Shown here: in pieces, positions 16,725 through 26,233 of the stretch | How the letters are laid out: each line of letters begins with the position of its first letter | Position numbering within the stretch: position 1 is the stretch's first letter | DNA from: an uncultured Desulfobacca sp. | Lineage (GTDB): Bacteria > Desulfobacterota > Desulfobaccia > Desulfobaccales > Desulfobaccaceae | DNA: 40,035 nt | Direction: 5' to 3' | NCBI GenBank assembly: GCA_937958145.1 | Contig: CALGOE010000179.1 | Location: forward strand, 1 to 40,035 | Notes under the pieces: model-generated | Told to the model about the DNA's origin: nothing | Seen by the model: only the letters and a program-made list of their open reading frames with translations | The model's database searches: none | Position numbers and translations under genes: made by a program

Positions 16725-17783
16725 ATGTTCGATTCTTGGCTGTGGCTTCTCGCCGGCGCCGGCGTCATTTTCTGGCTGGCGTCTCTGGTGGCCGTGCGTT
16801 TTTGGACCCGTCGGCAGGTGCTGCGCTCTTTGGCCGCCGTGCCGGATCAAGAGGATGACCTCATCCTGCCGTTTCCAGATTTGCGTCCCGAGGACCGGCA
16901 GGCCCTGGAGTTGGTCCGGACCTACCGCCGCCGCTTCTTGTTGCAGGTGTGGCCTGAGACGACGTTTACCCTCCGGTCCCTGCTGAACCTGTCCATGGAT
17001 CTGGTGCAGCAGATCGCGGCCGTCTACCATCCGGGGGAGGAACGGCCGGAATTGCACGCCTCCCTGGCTGGGTTGATCAACCTGCACACCCGGATCAGTG
17101 TCCGCCTCCAGGAACTGCTGACCACCCTCCCGCTGCGGGTCTTGAAGGATTTAAAACTCCAAACGATTCTTTACTGCCATGACCTTTATCAACTCTGTGT
17201 CTCCCATCCGGCCTATCGCTTCCTGCGGCGGCACCGTCTGGACAAGGTCGTGCAATGGGCCTGGATGCTGAAAAATATCGCCAGCCCCTGGTACTGGGGG
17301 CGACGCGCCGCCTTTTCCGGCGGGAAGGAAATTCTGGCCCGCTTTTTTCTGGCGCGGTACACCGCCATCGTGGGCCTTGAGGCCATCCGCCTGTACAGCG
17401 GTCGGGCTCCGGGCAACGAATTGGGCCGCACCTATGACCTCGCCTGGCAGGAGATCCGCCACCTGGCGGCTGACGACCCCAGCCTGGAGGCCGCGGCCTT
17501 GAAATTTTTCCTGCGCCTGGTGCTGCGCAGCCGGGAATTGCCCGAGACCACCAAACTCAGCCTTCTCAAGCGCTTGACCGAAAAGGTAGCGGAGCCTGCC
17601 GTGGTGCCGGGGGCGGTGTCGGCCTCCGAACGGCGGCAGGTGGAGCGCTGGCTGCGCCAATTTATCCACAGCGCCTTTCCCGCGTCGGCGCGGGCTGCTC
17701 GGCTTGCCGACATGCAGCGCCGCCTGGCCGAGATTCCCGCAGAGGTGCAAACCGTCCCGGCCCAAAGGTCACAGCGGCGGTAG
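16725..17783 (+). CDS. Hypothetical protein with N-terminal membrane anchor
   Basis: 352-aa ORF, hydrophobic N-terminus, helical body, co-oriented with menA. Confidence 0.7.
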   Translation: MFDSWLWLLAGAGVIFWLASLVAVRFWTRRQVLRSLAAVPDQEDDLILPFPDLRPEDRQALELVRTYRRRFLLQVWPETTFTLRSLLNLSMDLVQQIAAVYHPGEERPELHASLAGLINLHTRISVRLQELLTTLPLRVLKDLKLQTILYCHDLYQLCVSHPAYRFLRRHRLDKVVQWAWMLKNIASPWYWGRRAAFSGGKEILARFFLARYTAIVGLEAIRLYSGRAPGNELGRTYDLAWQEIRHLAADDPSLEAAALKFFLRLVLRSRELPETTKLSLLKRLTEKVAEPAVVPGAVSASERRQVERWLRQFIHSAFPASARAARLADMQRRLAEIPAEVQTVPAQRSQRR

Positions 17784-18839
17784 CTCCTGGCCCGAGGGGG
17801 TCAGACGCAGTTTCCCCAGCCGGAGGAACCGGACTGCAGGCAGTTTTTGGTCCGGTAGGGGCGTCAGCAGGGTGAGCTCTTCCTGGTGCCAAGCCATGTC
17901 GAGGAGGATTCCCAGGGAAAGGGTGAGCATATCCTTGTCCAGAAGCCCCACCAGCCGAAATTCCAAGTTGGGCCAGGCTGTCCAGACCAGTCGTTCGGGA
18001 GACAACCGCGCCGCCAAAAGGCTCTGGGCTGCCTCCGGCAGAGGCGCTGCCGTCACCAGATACACGAAGCCACCGCTGCGCTCGGCCCGCCATATTACGG
18101 TCTCTGCCAGCTCCTGCAACTCCTGCTTTTCCGCCGTTGTTATCTCCAGACCTTGGGCCCAAGGAAAATCCAGCCAGCAACGGCCCGCCAGGGGGAACCG
18201 TTGTGGTCTGGCCTTGGCAAAAAAGGCGGCAAAACGCTCCTCTCGGTAGCGCCGGCGTTCCTCCCAGGACTTCAACCGGGCCTGATGCGAGACCGGCAAA
18301 AGACGGGTCTCTTGACAGAGGAGGGTCAAGGGCGGCAGGAGCGAGGCTGTCTCGTTGCCGCGGACGAGCACCAGGCCAAGACGGGGTCTGAGGACCTCAG
18401 CCTTGGCCGTTTTCAGACGCACCGCGGCCGGCCCACTGATGAAACCGCTGGTGTTGACCAGGATCAGCCGGCAGCGGCGGCGGGCCGCGGCCACCAGACC
18501 CCGCAGCCCCACCACGGTTTCCAACATCCGGCCTGAGGGGGAAGTTTGACCGATGAAATAGAGTCTATCGGGCTGCAGGCCAAAATCATCAGGAGGATGC
18601 GGCGGATAAAAATTCAAGCCGATGGTCGTGGGTGGTCCCAGGTGGGATTGCCCCAGGTCCGCATCGATAAAAGCCACAGATCGGCCCTGGTCCCGGGCTG
18701 ACTGCAGGAGATGGCGGCACAGAGTGCTTTTGCCGCTGTCCGGGCCGCCCACCACCAGGACCACCCCCTGCACCGCCAGAGCTGCGGCCGCGGCGTCCTG
18801 CCAGACGGCCGGCACATCGAGAGCAAACGGAGCGTTCAT
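17769..18839 (-). CDS. Clp1/Grc3/Nol9-family polynucleotide 5'-hydroxyl kinase
   Basis: P-loop GGPDSGKST, DADLGQSHLGPP, VNTSGFISG, lid RRRYREERF, C-terminal RLVGLLD...LSLG. Confidence 0.85.
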   Translation of the reverse strand: MNAPFALDVPAVWQDAAAAALAVQGVVLVVGGPDSGKSTLCRHLLQSARDQGRSVAFIDADLGQSHLGPPTTIGLNFYPPHPPDDFGLQPDRLYFIGQTSPSGRMLETVVGLRGLVAAARRRCRLILVNTSGFISGPAAVRLKTAKAEVLRPRLGLVLVRGNETASLLPPLTLLCQETRLLPVSHQARLKSWEERRRYREERFAAFFAKARPQRFPLAGRCWLDFPWAQGLEITTAEKQELQELAETVIWRAERSGGFVYLVTAAPLPEAAQSLLAARLSPERLVWTAWPNLEFRLVGLLDKDMLTLSLGILLDMAWHQEELTLLTPLPDQKLPAVRFLRLGKLRLTPSGQELPPL

Positions 18840-18969
18840 ATAGGGCGCCGCCGGTCGGCCCGGGGGCCAAAGCCCGGAACGCCCCCACCAGGGCAGGTAA
18901 TGGCTGCCTGATTATTCTTGAGCGGCAAGCACAAGAGTGGCGGCTCGAGGCCTGGGGCTCGTGCTCTCA

Positions 18970-19614
18970 TTATTCTATCCAGGTCAGGCAAGCCGCCAGA
19001 TCCTGGCGGCCGGCCCGGAAGGCCGTAATGGGGTGGGTGGCATCAGGTTTGCCCACGGCAATGGTCATGACCGGATGAATGCTTTCGGGCAGCTGCAGTT
19101 CCTGGCGGATCTGATTGACATACCGCAGGGCAATGCCGATGACACAGGTGCCCAGACCCAAGGAGTGGGCCATGAGCAGCAGGTTCTGCACTGCTGCGCC
19201 CAGGTCAAAAAGTCGGTCCAGGGACAGACGCTGATCCAAGGCCACCAGGATCACGGCGGGGGCGCCATAGAAAGCCAGACTGCCGCGCTGCAGCTCCACC
19301 GGCCTGTCGCCCTGCGGCCAGGACTGCAAGGCTGCGAGAAATTGATTGATTCTGGATTGAAAAGGCTCCGGCAGTTCCATGGCCGGGGGCACCACCCCCT
19401 GGGCTAGCTCCTGATCATAAAGACTCAACAGCTTTTGGACTAAACGCTCCCGGGCCCTGCCGGTGACGACGACGAAATGCCACGGCTGCATGTTCCGGGC
19501 TGAGGGCGCCTGGACCGCCGCGTCCACTAACTGCAGCAGGGTTTTTTTCGCCACCGCTTCCGGGGTGAAAGCCCGGATGCTGCGCCGTTGATAGATTGCT
19601 TCCCGTACCTCCAT
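18970..19614 (-). CDS. Nitroreductase family protein
   Basis: RRSIRAF, APSARNMQPWHF, QNLLLMAHSLGLGTC; SD AGGAGG before ATG 19614. Confidence 0.9.
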   Translation of the reverse strand: MEVREAIYQRRSIRAFTPEAVAKKTLLQLVDAAVQAPSARNMQPWHFVVVTGRARERLVQKLLSLYDQELAQGVVPPAMELPEPFQSRINQFLAALQSWPQGDRPVELQRGSLAFYGAPAVILVALDQRLSLDRLFDLGAAVQNLLLMAHSLGLGTCVIGIALRYVNQIRQELQLPESIHPVMTIAVGKPDATHPITAFRAGRQDLAACLTWIE

Positions 19615-19823
19615 GCTCAGCCTCCTTTTCGGCCACATTCACCTGCAGCGAGGAAGAAGGAAATAACCTAATGTTTACGGCTCTATTATACCACGACCCA
19701 GCCCCGGCGGCACGCTCCTGCGGGGCTTTCATCAGCCTTTGCGGTTTTTGCCCCCACTTTCTTCATGACCCCTCAGTAAGCTTGGGATACCTGGAGACGG
19801 AATCCTGATCCTGGGAAAATCTA

Positions 19824-19852
19824 TTGACACGCCAAGCCAATCGTGGCATAAA
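19824..19852 (+). promoter_or_regulatory. Putative sigma70 promoter of the DUF3568-gnnA-lpxB unit
   Basis: TTGACA-17 nt-CATAAA with an extended-10 TG. Confidence 0.45.
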
Positions 19853-19887
19853 CGGGCAATCAGGCTTGTTATCGCAAGGAGGCAGGG

Positions 19888-20295
19888 ATGATCAGGAGAC
19901 TATATCGGGCTCTGGCCAGCCTGTTGGTCGGGTTGACCCTCGTCGGCGGCTGTGTCGAGACCGCTTTGGTGGGCGTCGGCGCCACCGGTGCCCTGGCCGG
20001 CTATAAATGGATGGAGGGAACCCTGACCCGGGACTATCCGCGCTCCCTGGCGGAGATGGATCAGGCGGTTCAGAACACCTGTAAACACTTCCGCATCAAG
20101 ATTTCCGAACGTCGGGTTACCCCCACCAAGGCGACCATCGCCGGTGTTGATGCCAACGGTGAGGATGTCAAGATCAATATGGACGCCCAACCCAATAACA
20201 TTACGTCGGTGGGGGTGCGGATGGGTGGCTTTATGGGCAATCGGGAGGCCTCCCAGATGTTCCACAACCAGTTGGCCAAAGAACTGGGGTTATAG
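19888..20295 (+). CDS. DUF3568-like lipoprotein
   Basis: Lipobox LVGGC, Gly/Ala-rich GVGATGALAG, W.EG.L...Y, VGVRMG..GNRE.S; SD AGGAGG. Confidence 0.7.
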   Translation: MIRRLYRALASLLVGLTLVGGCVETALVGVGATGALAGYKWMEGTLTRDYPRSLAEMDQAVQNTCKHFRIKISERRVTPTKATIAGVDANGEDVKINMDAQPNNITSVGVRMGGFMGNREASQMFHNQLAKELGL

Positions 20296-20328
20296 CCGAC
20301 CGGGGTGATTCCGCCGAGGTGAGCAGCC

Positions 20329-21273
20329 ATGGAGAAAATTAAAGCCGGCGTCATCGGTGTCGGCTATTTGGGGCGTTTTCACGCCCAAAAATATGCTGCC
20401 CTGGCCAACGCTGAGCTGATGGGCGTGGTTGATATTGATCCGGACAAGGCCAGCCGCGTTGCCCAGGAGTGTCAGACCCGGGCCTATACCGATTACCGGG
20501 AGCTTTTGCCCCAGGTCCAGGCGGTGAGCGTGGCGGTGCCCACTACCGGGCATTATGCCGTGGTTCAGGACTGTCTCCGCCATGGCATTGACGTCCTGGC
20601 CGAAAAACCTTTGGCCACCAGCGTGGCCGAGGCCGAGGAACTGGTAACCCTGGCCCGCCGACAGGGGCGCATCCTTCAGGTGGGCCACCTGGAACGCTTC
20701 AACCCGGCCATGGAAGAGCTGATCCGCCGGGTTCATGACCCCCGATTCATCGAAATCCACCGGCTGTCCTTTTTCAAGGAGCGGGGTACCGATGTGGACG
20801 TGGTCCGCGATCTCATGATCCACGATCTGGACCTGGTCCTGGCCCTGGTTCCCGGGCAGGTTACGGAGATCCGGGCCGCGGGGGTGTCGGTGCTCACCGA
20901 TTCCATTGATCTGGCCAATGCCCGTCTGGAATTTGACACCGGCTGCATCGCCAACCTGACGGCCAGCCGCATCTCCATCAAGAGCATGCGCAAATTCCGG
21001 CTCTTCCAGCCCCATACCTATCTTTCCGTAGATTTCGAGGCCCGGGAACTTATGGTGGTTGAGCACACCGGCCAGCCCGGCGGCATCCTGCCGGGGATCC
21101 ATCTGGATACCATCAAATTCCCCCCGGCCGATCCCCTCATGAAGGAGATTGCGGCGTTCCTCGAGGCCGTGGCCACACGGCAGGAACCGGTGGTCAGCGG
21201 CGAGGCCGGCAAGGAGGCTTTGGCTTTGGCCCTGGATATTAACGCCGCCATGCGTTTGGCCAGACAGAAATGA
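20329..21273 (+). CDS. Gfo/Idh/MocA oxidoreductase, GnnA-like (UDP-GlcNAc 3-dehydrogenase)
   Basis: GVIGVGYLGRFHAQKY, EKP, VGHLERFNPA, DLMIHDLD, ANLTASRIS; ATGA-coupled to lpxB. Confidence 0.8.
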   Translation: MEKIKAGVIGVGYLGRFHAQKYAALANAELMGVVDIDPDKASRVAQECQTRAYTDYRELLPQVQAVSVAVPTTGHYAVVQDCLRHGIDVLAEKPLATSVAEAEELVTLARRQGRILQVGHLERFNPAMEELIRRVHDPRFIEIHRLSFFKERGTDVDVVRDLMIHDLDLVLALVPGQVTEIRAAGVSVLTDSIDLANARLEFDTGCIANLTASRISIKSMRKFRLFQPHTYLSVDFEARELMVVEHTGQPGGILPGIHLDTIKFPPADPLMKEIAAFLEAVATRQEPVVSGEAGKEALALALDINAAMRLARQK

Positions 21274-22415
21274 GGCCGGTCAAAATCCTGCTGGTGGCTG
21301 GCGAGGCCTCGGGCGACAAGCACGCCGCCCGCCTTATCCAGGCCTTGCGGGAGCTGGTGCCCCAGGTGGACCTCTATGGCATCGGCGGCGCGGCCCTGGC
21401 TGCCCAAGGGATGCGTCTGGCCTGCCGGGCCGAAGACCTGGCGGTCATCGGCCTCACCGAGGTGATTCACAAAATCCCGGTTCTCTGGCGGGCCCTGCGC
21501 CGGCTCTGGCAGTACCTGCAGACCGAACGCCCCGATCTGGTCATCCTGGTGGATTTTCCGGATTTTAATTTTTTGGTCATGCGGCTGGCCCACCGGTGCC
21601 GGGTGCCGGTCATGTATTACATCAGCCCCCAGGTCTGGGCCTGGCGCCGGGGCCGGGTTAAAACCATCGCCCGTCTGGTAGACCGCATGGTGGTCATCTT
21701 TCCTTTTGAGGAAGAATTTTACCGCCGCCACGGCGTCTGTGTTACGTATGTGGGCCATCCCCTCCTGGAGACTCTGCCCGCCCTGCCGCCCCGGCCGGAG
21801 CTGCGTGCCAGTTTCGGTCTCCAGGACCGGGATCTGGCCATCGCCCTCTTGCCTGGCAGCCGCACCGGAGAAATCCGTCAACTTCTGCCGGTTATGCTGG
21901 CCAGCGCCGGGCAGCTCCAGGAACTGCTGCCTCGTTGTCGCTTTCTCCTGCCGTTGGCACCCACGGTCGCGCCGGAGTTCGTCACGCCCTTCCTGGCCCC
22001 AAGCCCGGCGCCCGTGAGTCTGGTGCAGCATCAGACCTACGAAGTCCTGGCGGCTGCTGACCTGGCTCTGGTGGCTTCAGGGACCGCCACTCTGGAGACC
22101 GCTCTCATGGGCACCCCCATGGTCATCCTCTACCGCCTGTCGCCTCTGACCTACCACGTCGGCCGCCTCCTCATCCGGGTGCCCCACATCGGTATGGCCA
22201 ACCTCCTGGCCGAAGCCGCCCTCTTTCCGGAACTGATCCAGGATGAGGCTACCCCGGCCCGTTTAACTGCCGCGGTCCTGGACCTGATCACCGACACCGA
22301 CCACCTGGCCCGTATACAAGCCGGTCTGAAAAGGATCAGGCAACGCCTGGGCGGGCCCGGCGCCTCAAACCGCGCCGCGGCGGTGGCCCGGGAAGTCCTG
22401 GATCAGAAAAGATAA
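21270..22415 (+). CDS. lpxB: Lipid-A-disaccharide synthase
   Basis: VAGEASGD, VDFPDFN, YYISPQVWAWR, VGHPL, LLPGSR..EI, ASGTATLE. Confidence 0.95.
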   Translation: MRPVKILLVAGEASGDKHAARLIQALRELVPQVDLYGIGGAALAAQGMRLACRAEDLAVIGLTEVIHKIPVLWRALRRLWQYLQTERPDLVILVDFPDFNFLVMRLAHRCRVPVMYYISPQVWAWRRGRVKTIARLVDRMVVIFPFEEEFYRRHGVCVTYVGHPLLETLPALPPRPELRASFGLQDRDLAIALLPGSRTGEIRQLLPVMLASAGQLQELLPRCRFLLPLAPTVAPEFVTPFLAPSPAPVSLVQHQTYEVLAAADLALVASGTATLETALMGTPMVILYRLSPLTYHVGRLLIRVPHIGMANLLAEAALFPELIQDEATPARLTAAVLDLITDTDHLARIQAGLKRIRQRLGGPGASNRAAAVAREVLDQKR

Positions 22416-22580
22416 CAGCGGTTGCCAGCCACTTTTTTACCCAAACGCCGGCTTTTTGTTGTACACTGCCAAAGGAACGATTCTTTTACAGTCACTGCGG
22501 GGGGCCGAACCTGGTTCTCCCCGAGCCTCGGTTGATACCTGGCAGCGAACCGCAGATCATAACGATATCGGAGGAAGCCG

Positions 22581-23633
22581 ATGCTGGAGAAAATAATCAG
22601 TTTATTAGGACCGGACGGGGAAGCGCTGTTGCGCTACCAGTGCCGGGGGTTTGCCAAAGAAACTCTGCATCTGCCGGGGCCTGATTTCTTGGACCGGGTT
22701 TTCTTATTAAGCGACCGGCCCATTCCGGTGCTGCGGTCATTGGCGGCCCTATTCAATCACGGTCGTCTGGCCGGCACCGGCTACCTTTCCATCCTGCCGG
22801 TGGATCAGGGCGTTGAACACTCCGCCGGGGCCTCTTTTGCCCCCAACCCCATTTACTTCGACCCGGAAAACATTGTCAAGCTGGCCATTGAGGGCGGCTG
22901 CAGCGCCGTGGCCTCCACGTTGGGGGTGTTGGCCAGCGTTGCAAGGCGCTATGCCCACAAGATCCCCTTTGTCCTTAAAATTAACCACAATGAGCTGTTG
23001 AGCTACCCCAGCCAACACGATCAGACGCTCTTTGCCCGGGTGGAGCAAGCCTTTGAAATGGGGGCGGTGGCCGTCGGTGCCACCATTTATTTCGGCGCCC
23101 CCGAATGCCGGCGCCAGATTCAGGAGATCAGCGAGGCCTTTCAGCAGGCCCACGAATTGGGTCTGGCCACCATCCTCTGGTGTTATACCCGCAACCCGGC
23201 CTTCAAGACCGCGGAGAAAGACTACCATGTGGCCGCCGACCTCACCGGCCAGGCGAACCACCTGGGGGTCACCATCAAGGCCGACCTCATTAAACAAAAG
23301 ATGCCGGAAAACAACGGCGGCTTTACGGCCCTGAAGTTCGGCAAGACCCATCCCCGGGTCTACTCGGATCTGGCCCCGGACCACCCCATCGAATGGTGCC
23401 GCTATCAGGTGGCCAACTGCTATATGGGGCGCATCGGCCTCATCAATTCCGGCGGCGCCAGCGGTGACAATGACCTGGCCGAAGCCGTGCGCACGGCGGT
23501 CATCAACAAGCGGGCCGGGGGCACCGGCCTCATTTTGGGGCGGAAGGCCTTTCAGCGGCCTCTGGCCGAGGGGATTGCCCTGCTGCATGCTGTCCAGGAC
23601 GTGTATCTGTGCCCGGAGGTAACGGTGGCTTAA
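22581..23633 (+). CDS. fbaB: Class I fructose-bisphosphate aldolase (DhnA type)
   Basis: [31 protein letters not shown] (Schiff-base Lys), AVINKRAGG. Confidence 0.95.
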   Translation: MLEKIISLLGPDGEALLRYQCRGFAKETLHLPGPDFLDRVFLLSDRPIPVLRSLAALFNHGRLAGTGYLSILPVDQGVEHSAGASFAPNPIYFDPENIVKLAIEGGCSAVASTLGVLASVARRYAHKIPFVLKINHNELLSYPSQHDQTLFARVEQAFEMGAVAVGATIYFGAPECRRQIQEISEAFQQAHELGLATILWCYTRNPAFKTAEKDYHVAADLTGQANHLGVTIKADLIKQKMPENNGGFTALKFGKTHPRVYSDLAPDHPIEWCRYQVANCYMGRIGLINSGGASGDNDLAEAVRTAVINKRAGGTGLILGRKAFQRPLAEGIALLHAVQDVYLCPEVTVA

Positions 23634-23724
23634 GAAAGAAACGGTGCGGGCTACAAGGATGGCCGTGAGCCGAGATGAGAGGGGGTTTGAGGGTCAGCTG
23701 CGGGGAGTTCCTCCCATGGCCGCC

Positions 23725-24165
23725 TCAGCCCCCATCTTTTTTCCCTTCTTCCCACTTTTTACCCTGGGGCCAGGTAAAGGCCAGGGGCAGGAGCTGGTCA
23801 AAGGGAACGACCTGAAATTGGCCCTGCAGGTTGGCCAGAACCACCTGACAATCCGGCTCCGCAAATTCCTGCAAGACCTGGCGGCAGAGGCCGCAGGGCG
23901 CCACCGGCGTCGGGGTGTCGGCCAAGACGGCCAGGGCGACGAGCCGACGCTGGCCGGCCGCCACCGCCTGCCAGATCGCCACCCGCTCGGCACAGACCGT
24001 TGCGCCCAGGGAGGCATTTTCAATATTGGCGCCGCCAAAAATCCGGCCGTCCGCCGTCAAGACCGCCGCCCCGACCCGGAAGCCGGAATAGGGCGCATAC
24101 GCATACTCCCGGGCCGTTCGGGCCCGTTCCAGTAATAATTCCCGCCTGGCTGTATCGAGTTTCAT
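23725..24165 (-). CDS. cdd: Cytidine deaminase (homotetrameric type)
   Basis: AYAPYSGFRVGAA, NIENAS, CAER, PCGLCRQ. Confidence 0.93.
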   Translation of the reverse strand: MKLDTARRELLLERARTAREYAYAPYSGFRVGAAVLTADGRIFGGANIENASLGATVCAERVAIWQAVAAGQRRLVALAVLADTPTPVAPCGLCRQVLQEFAEPDCQVVLANLQGQFQVVPFDQLLPLAFTWPQGKKWEEGKKDGG

Positions 24166-24174
24166 AACGCCCTC

Positions 24175-24978
24175 TCACTGCCTTAGCAGATCGGTGAGCA
24201 GTTTTGTCCCCATGACCAGCAGGAGGACGGCAAACACGCGTTTCAGGTGGGCCACCGGCAGGCTGTGGGCCAGCCTGGCTCCCAACGGCGCCGTCAAAAC
24301 GCTGCAGCCCACGATGGCCGCCAGGGCCGGCAGGTAGACAAAGCCCAGAGACCAGGGTGGCAGATTGGCTGTGCCCCAGCCATTGACGAGATATCCCACT
24401 GCCCCGGCAATGGCGATGGGAAAACCGATGGCCGCGGACGTGCCGATGGCTGTATGCACCGGCAGGTTGCAATAAATCATGAAAGGCACCGACAGGGTGC
24501 CGCCGCCGATGCCCACAAAGGCCGAGACCAAGCCGATCACCAGCCCCACGCCGAACATGCCCCACAGGCCCGGCAGGGTACGGCCCGGTTTGGGCTTGCG
24601 ATCCAGGAGAAACTGGACCGCCATATAATAGAGGAAAACCACAAAGATGGCCTTAAGGACATTGGTGGAGAGGCGGGAGGCGATGGTGGCGCCCAGGAAT
24701 GTCCCCAGGAGGATTCCCACCACGATGCGGCGGACCACCTGCCATTGCACTGCGCCCCGGCGGTGGTGGGCCAGAAAGCTGGAAACGGAGGTAAAGATAA
24801 TTGAGGCCAGGGAAGTCCCCAAAGCCAGGTGCATGATATGCTCCGGGGCCACACCCTGCCAGGTCAGGGCGAAAACCATCATGGGCACGATGACCAGGCC
24901 GCCGCCCACTCCCAGAAGACCGGCCAGGATACCGGCGACGGCGCCGACGCCCAGATACATGAGTACAACCAAGATCAT
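24175..24978 (-). CDS. TauE/SafE (TSUP) family sulfite exporter
   Basis: AGLLGVGGGLVIVP, ALGTSLA, GIGGGTLSVP, AIGTSAA; about 8 TM helices. Start ATG 24978 preferred. Confidence 0.9.
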   Translation of the reverse strand: MILVVLMYLGVGAVAGILAGLLGVGGGLVIVPMMVFALTWQGVAPEHIMHLALGTSLASIIFTSVSSFLAHHRRGAVQWQVVRRIVVGILLGTFLGATIASRLSTNVLKAIFVVFLYYMAVQFLLDRKPKPGRTLPGLWGMFGVGLVIGLVSAFVGIGGGTLSVPFMIYCNLPVHTAIGTSAAIGFPIAIAGAVGYLVNGWGTANLPPWSLGFVYLPALAAIVGCSVLTAPLGARLAHSLPVAHLKRVFAVLLLVMGTKLLTDLLRQ

Positions 24979-25156
24979 GACACTTCCTTGCCCCGCCCCG
25001 GGCTTTGCCGCCGTGGGCCTCCGGCGCAGGGGAATTAGACGTATCGGAACCGATAACCAAAGAAACCTATATACCACCTGTGCCGAAAGCCGACAAGTGA
25101 TTTATCCCCGGACAGACGATAAGGTTGTCTTTTTTCAGGAATACGTGCAAAAAATC

Positions 25157-25185
25157 TTGCCAAAAACCTTGCGCGAGGGTAAAAT
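25157..25185 (+). promoter_or_regulatory. Putative sigma70 promoter for the SLT pair
   Basis: TTGCCA-17 nt-TAAAAT, implying a leader of about 170 nt. Confidence 0.55.
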
Positions 25186-25191
25186 TTTCCA

Positions 25192-25363
25192 ACCTACAAG
25201 TGTAAACCTGCCGGACTTCGGTCCGTGTCGCTGGCCGCCGCGGTGACTGGCGTCCTTCCCCTGCTTCCTAACGTCTTTTCCAGGAAAGAACGAATGCTCC
25301 CCACGAGACGCCAAGACGCCGCCGGTAGACAACTCGGGACCCTTTCGCTCAGGTAGGCTCTTT
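25192..25363 (+). ncRNA. Candidate structured 5' leader RNA (family not recognised)
   Basis: CGGAC-TTCG-GTCCG tetraloop hairpin; TGGCGTC/GACGCCA and GCGGT/GCCGC nested stems; 5' CCTAC and ACCTG are complementary to the SD region CAGGTAGG. Confidence 0.35.
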
Positions 25364-26200
25364 ATGAAAAGACTATGGCTGTTTTTTCCCGTGTTTTTGA
25401 CGGTCATCGCCCTCTTCCCGGCCTTGGCCGCGGCCCGGGCCAGTTTTAGCAAACCTATTTATATCGACAGCATCTTTAATCAGAATCCCCAGGCTGGCCA
25501 GCCGCCCGGGGCTCTCCCCGAGCCCCAGAGCAGCCGGGTGCAGGTCTTCATCTTCAAAAAGGGCACGGTTTTATGGTCCCAGAAAGGGACCGCCCTGCCG
25601 GCGCTGCTGCCCGCTTCTCCCGGGCGTCGGCCGCCTGTCCTGGCTACCGATCCCCGCCTCAGCAAGATTATCAATAAGTATGCGGCGCAACAAGGCGTTG
25701 ATCCCAGGCTGGTGCAGACCGTTATCCGCCATGAGTCGGGTTTTGATCCCATTGCCGTCTCGCCCAAAGGGGCCATGGGCCTGATGCAGCTCATGCCCGA
25801 GACTGCCGCCTCCCTGGGCGTTGAAGATCCCTTTGATGTGGAGCAGAACATCAAAGGCGGGGTCCGTTTCCTGAAAATCTGCCTGAATCGCTTTAACCAG
25901 AACCTGCCCCTGGCCCTGGCCGCTTATAATGCCGGACCGGGTCGCGTCGTTGAGCACCAGGGTATGCCGCCTTTTAAAGAAACCCAGGATTACGTCAAAA
26001 AAGTGGTCCAGGATTACAGCGGCCAGAGTCTGGACCCGGCCCAGATTAAACTCCAACCGGTGGCTGCGGCGCAACCGCCGGCAGAAGCGCCGGAGACGCC
26101 GACGGCGACACCCGCCCCTCCGCCGCCGCCGCCATTGCTCAACCTCCCTTGGCTGACGCCGTTTTCTGCCGACGTGCCCAAGGGATTGGTCTTTCCCTGA
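25364..26200 (+). CDS. Lytic transglycosylase (SLT domain) with signal peptide and Pro-rich tail
   Basis: IRHESGF (catalytic Glu), [20 protein letters not shown]. Confidence 0.9.
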   Translation: MKRLWLFFPVFLTVIALFPALAAARASFSKPIYIDSIFNQNPQAGQPPGALPEPQSSRVQVFIFKKGTVLWSQKGTALPALLPASPGRRPPVLATDPRLSKIINKYAAQQGVDPRLVQTVIRHESGFDPIAVSPKGAMGLMQLMPETAASLGVEDPFDVEQNIKGGVRFLKICLNRFNQNLPLALAAYNAGPGRVVEHQGMPPFKETQDYVKKVVQDYSGQSLDPAQIKLQPVAAAQPPAEAPETPTATPAPPPPPPLLNLPWLTPFSADVPKGLVFP

Positions 26201-26233
26201 GCGGCGGATTCAAGGAAAGGGTTCGGCAGGTCG

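Noticed and set aside
22495-22556. Imperfect hairpins upstream of fbaB
   Set aside because: Short GC-rich pairings expected by chance; at most a decayed REP.
25240-25300. ZTP (pfl) riboswitch or SRP RNA call (GTGACTGGCG on plus, AGGAAGCAG on minus)
   Set aside because: The remaining conserved elements (3' GCCGACCG.CTGGGC; CAGGTCCGGA) are missing. Kept only as an unclassified leader.
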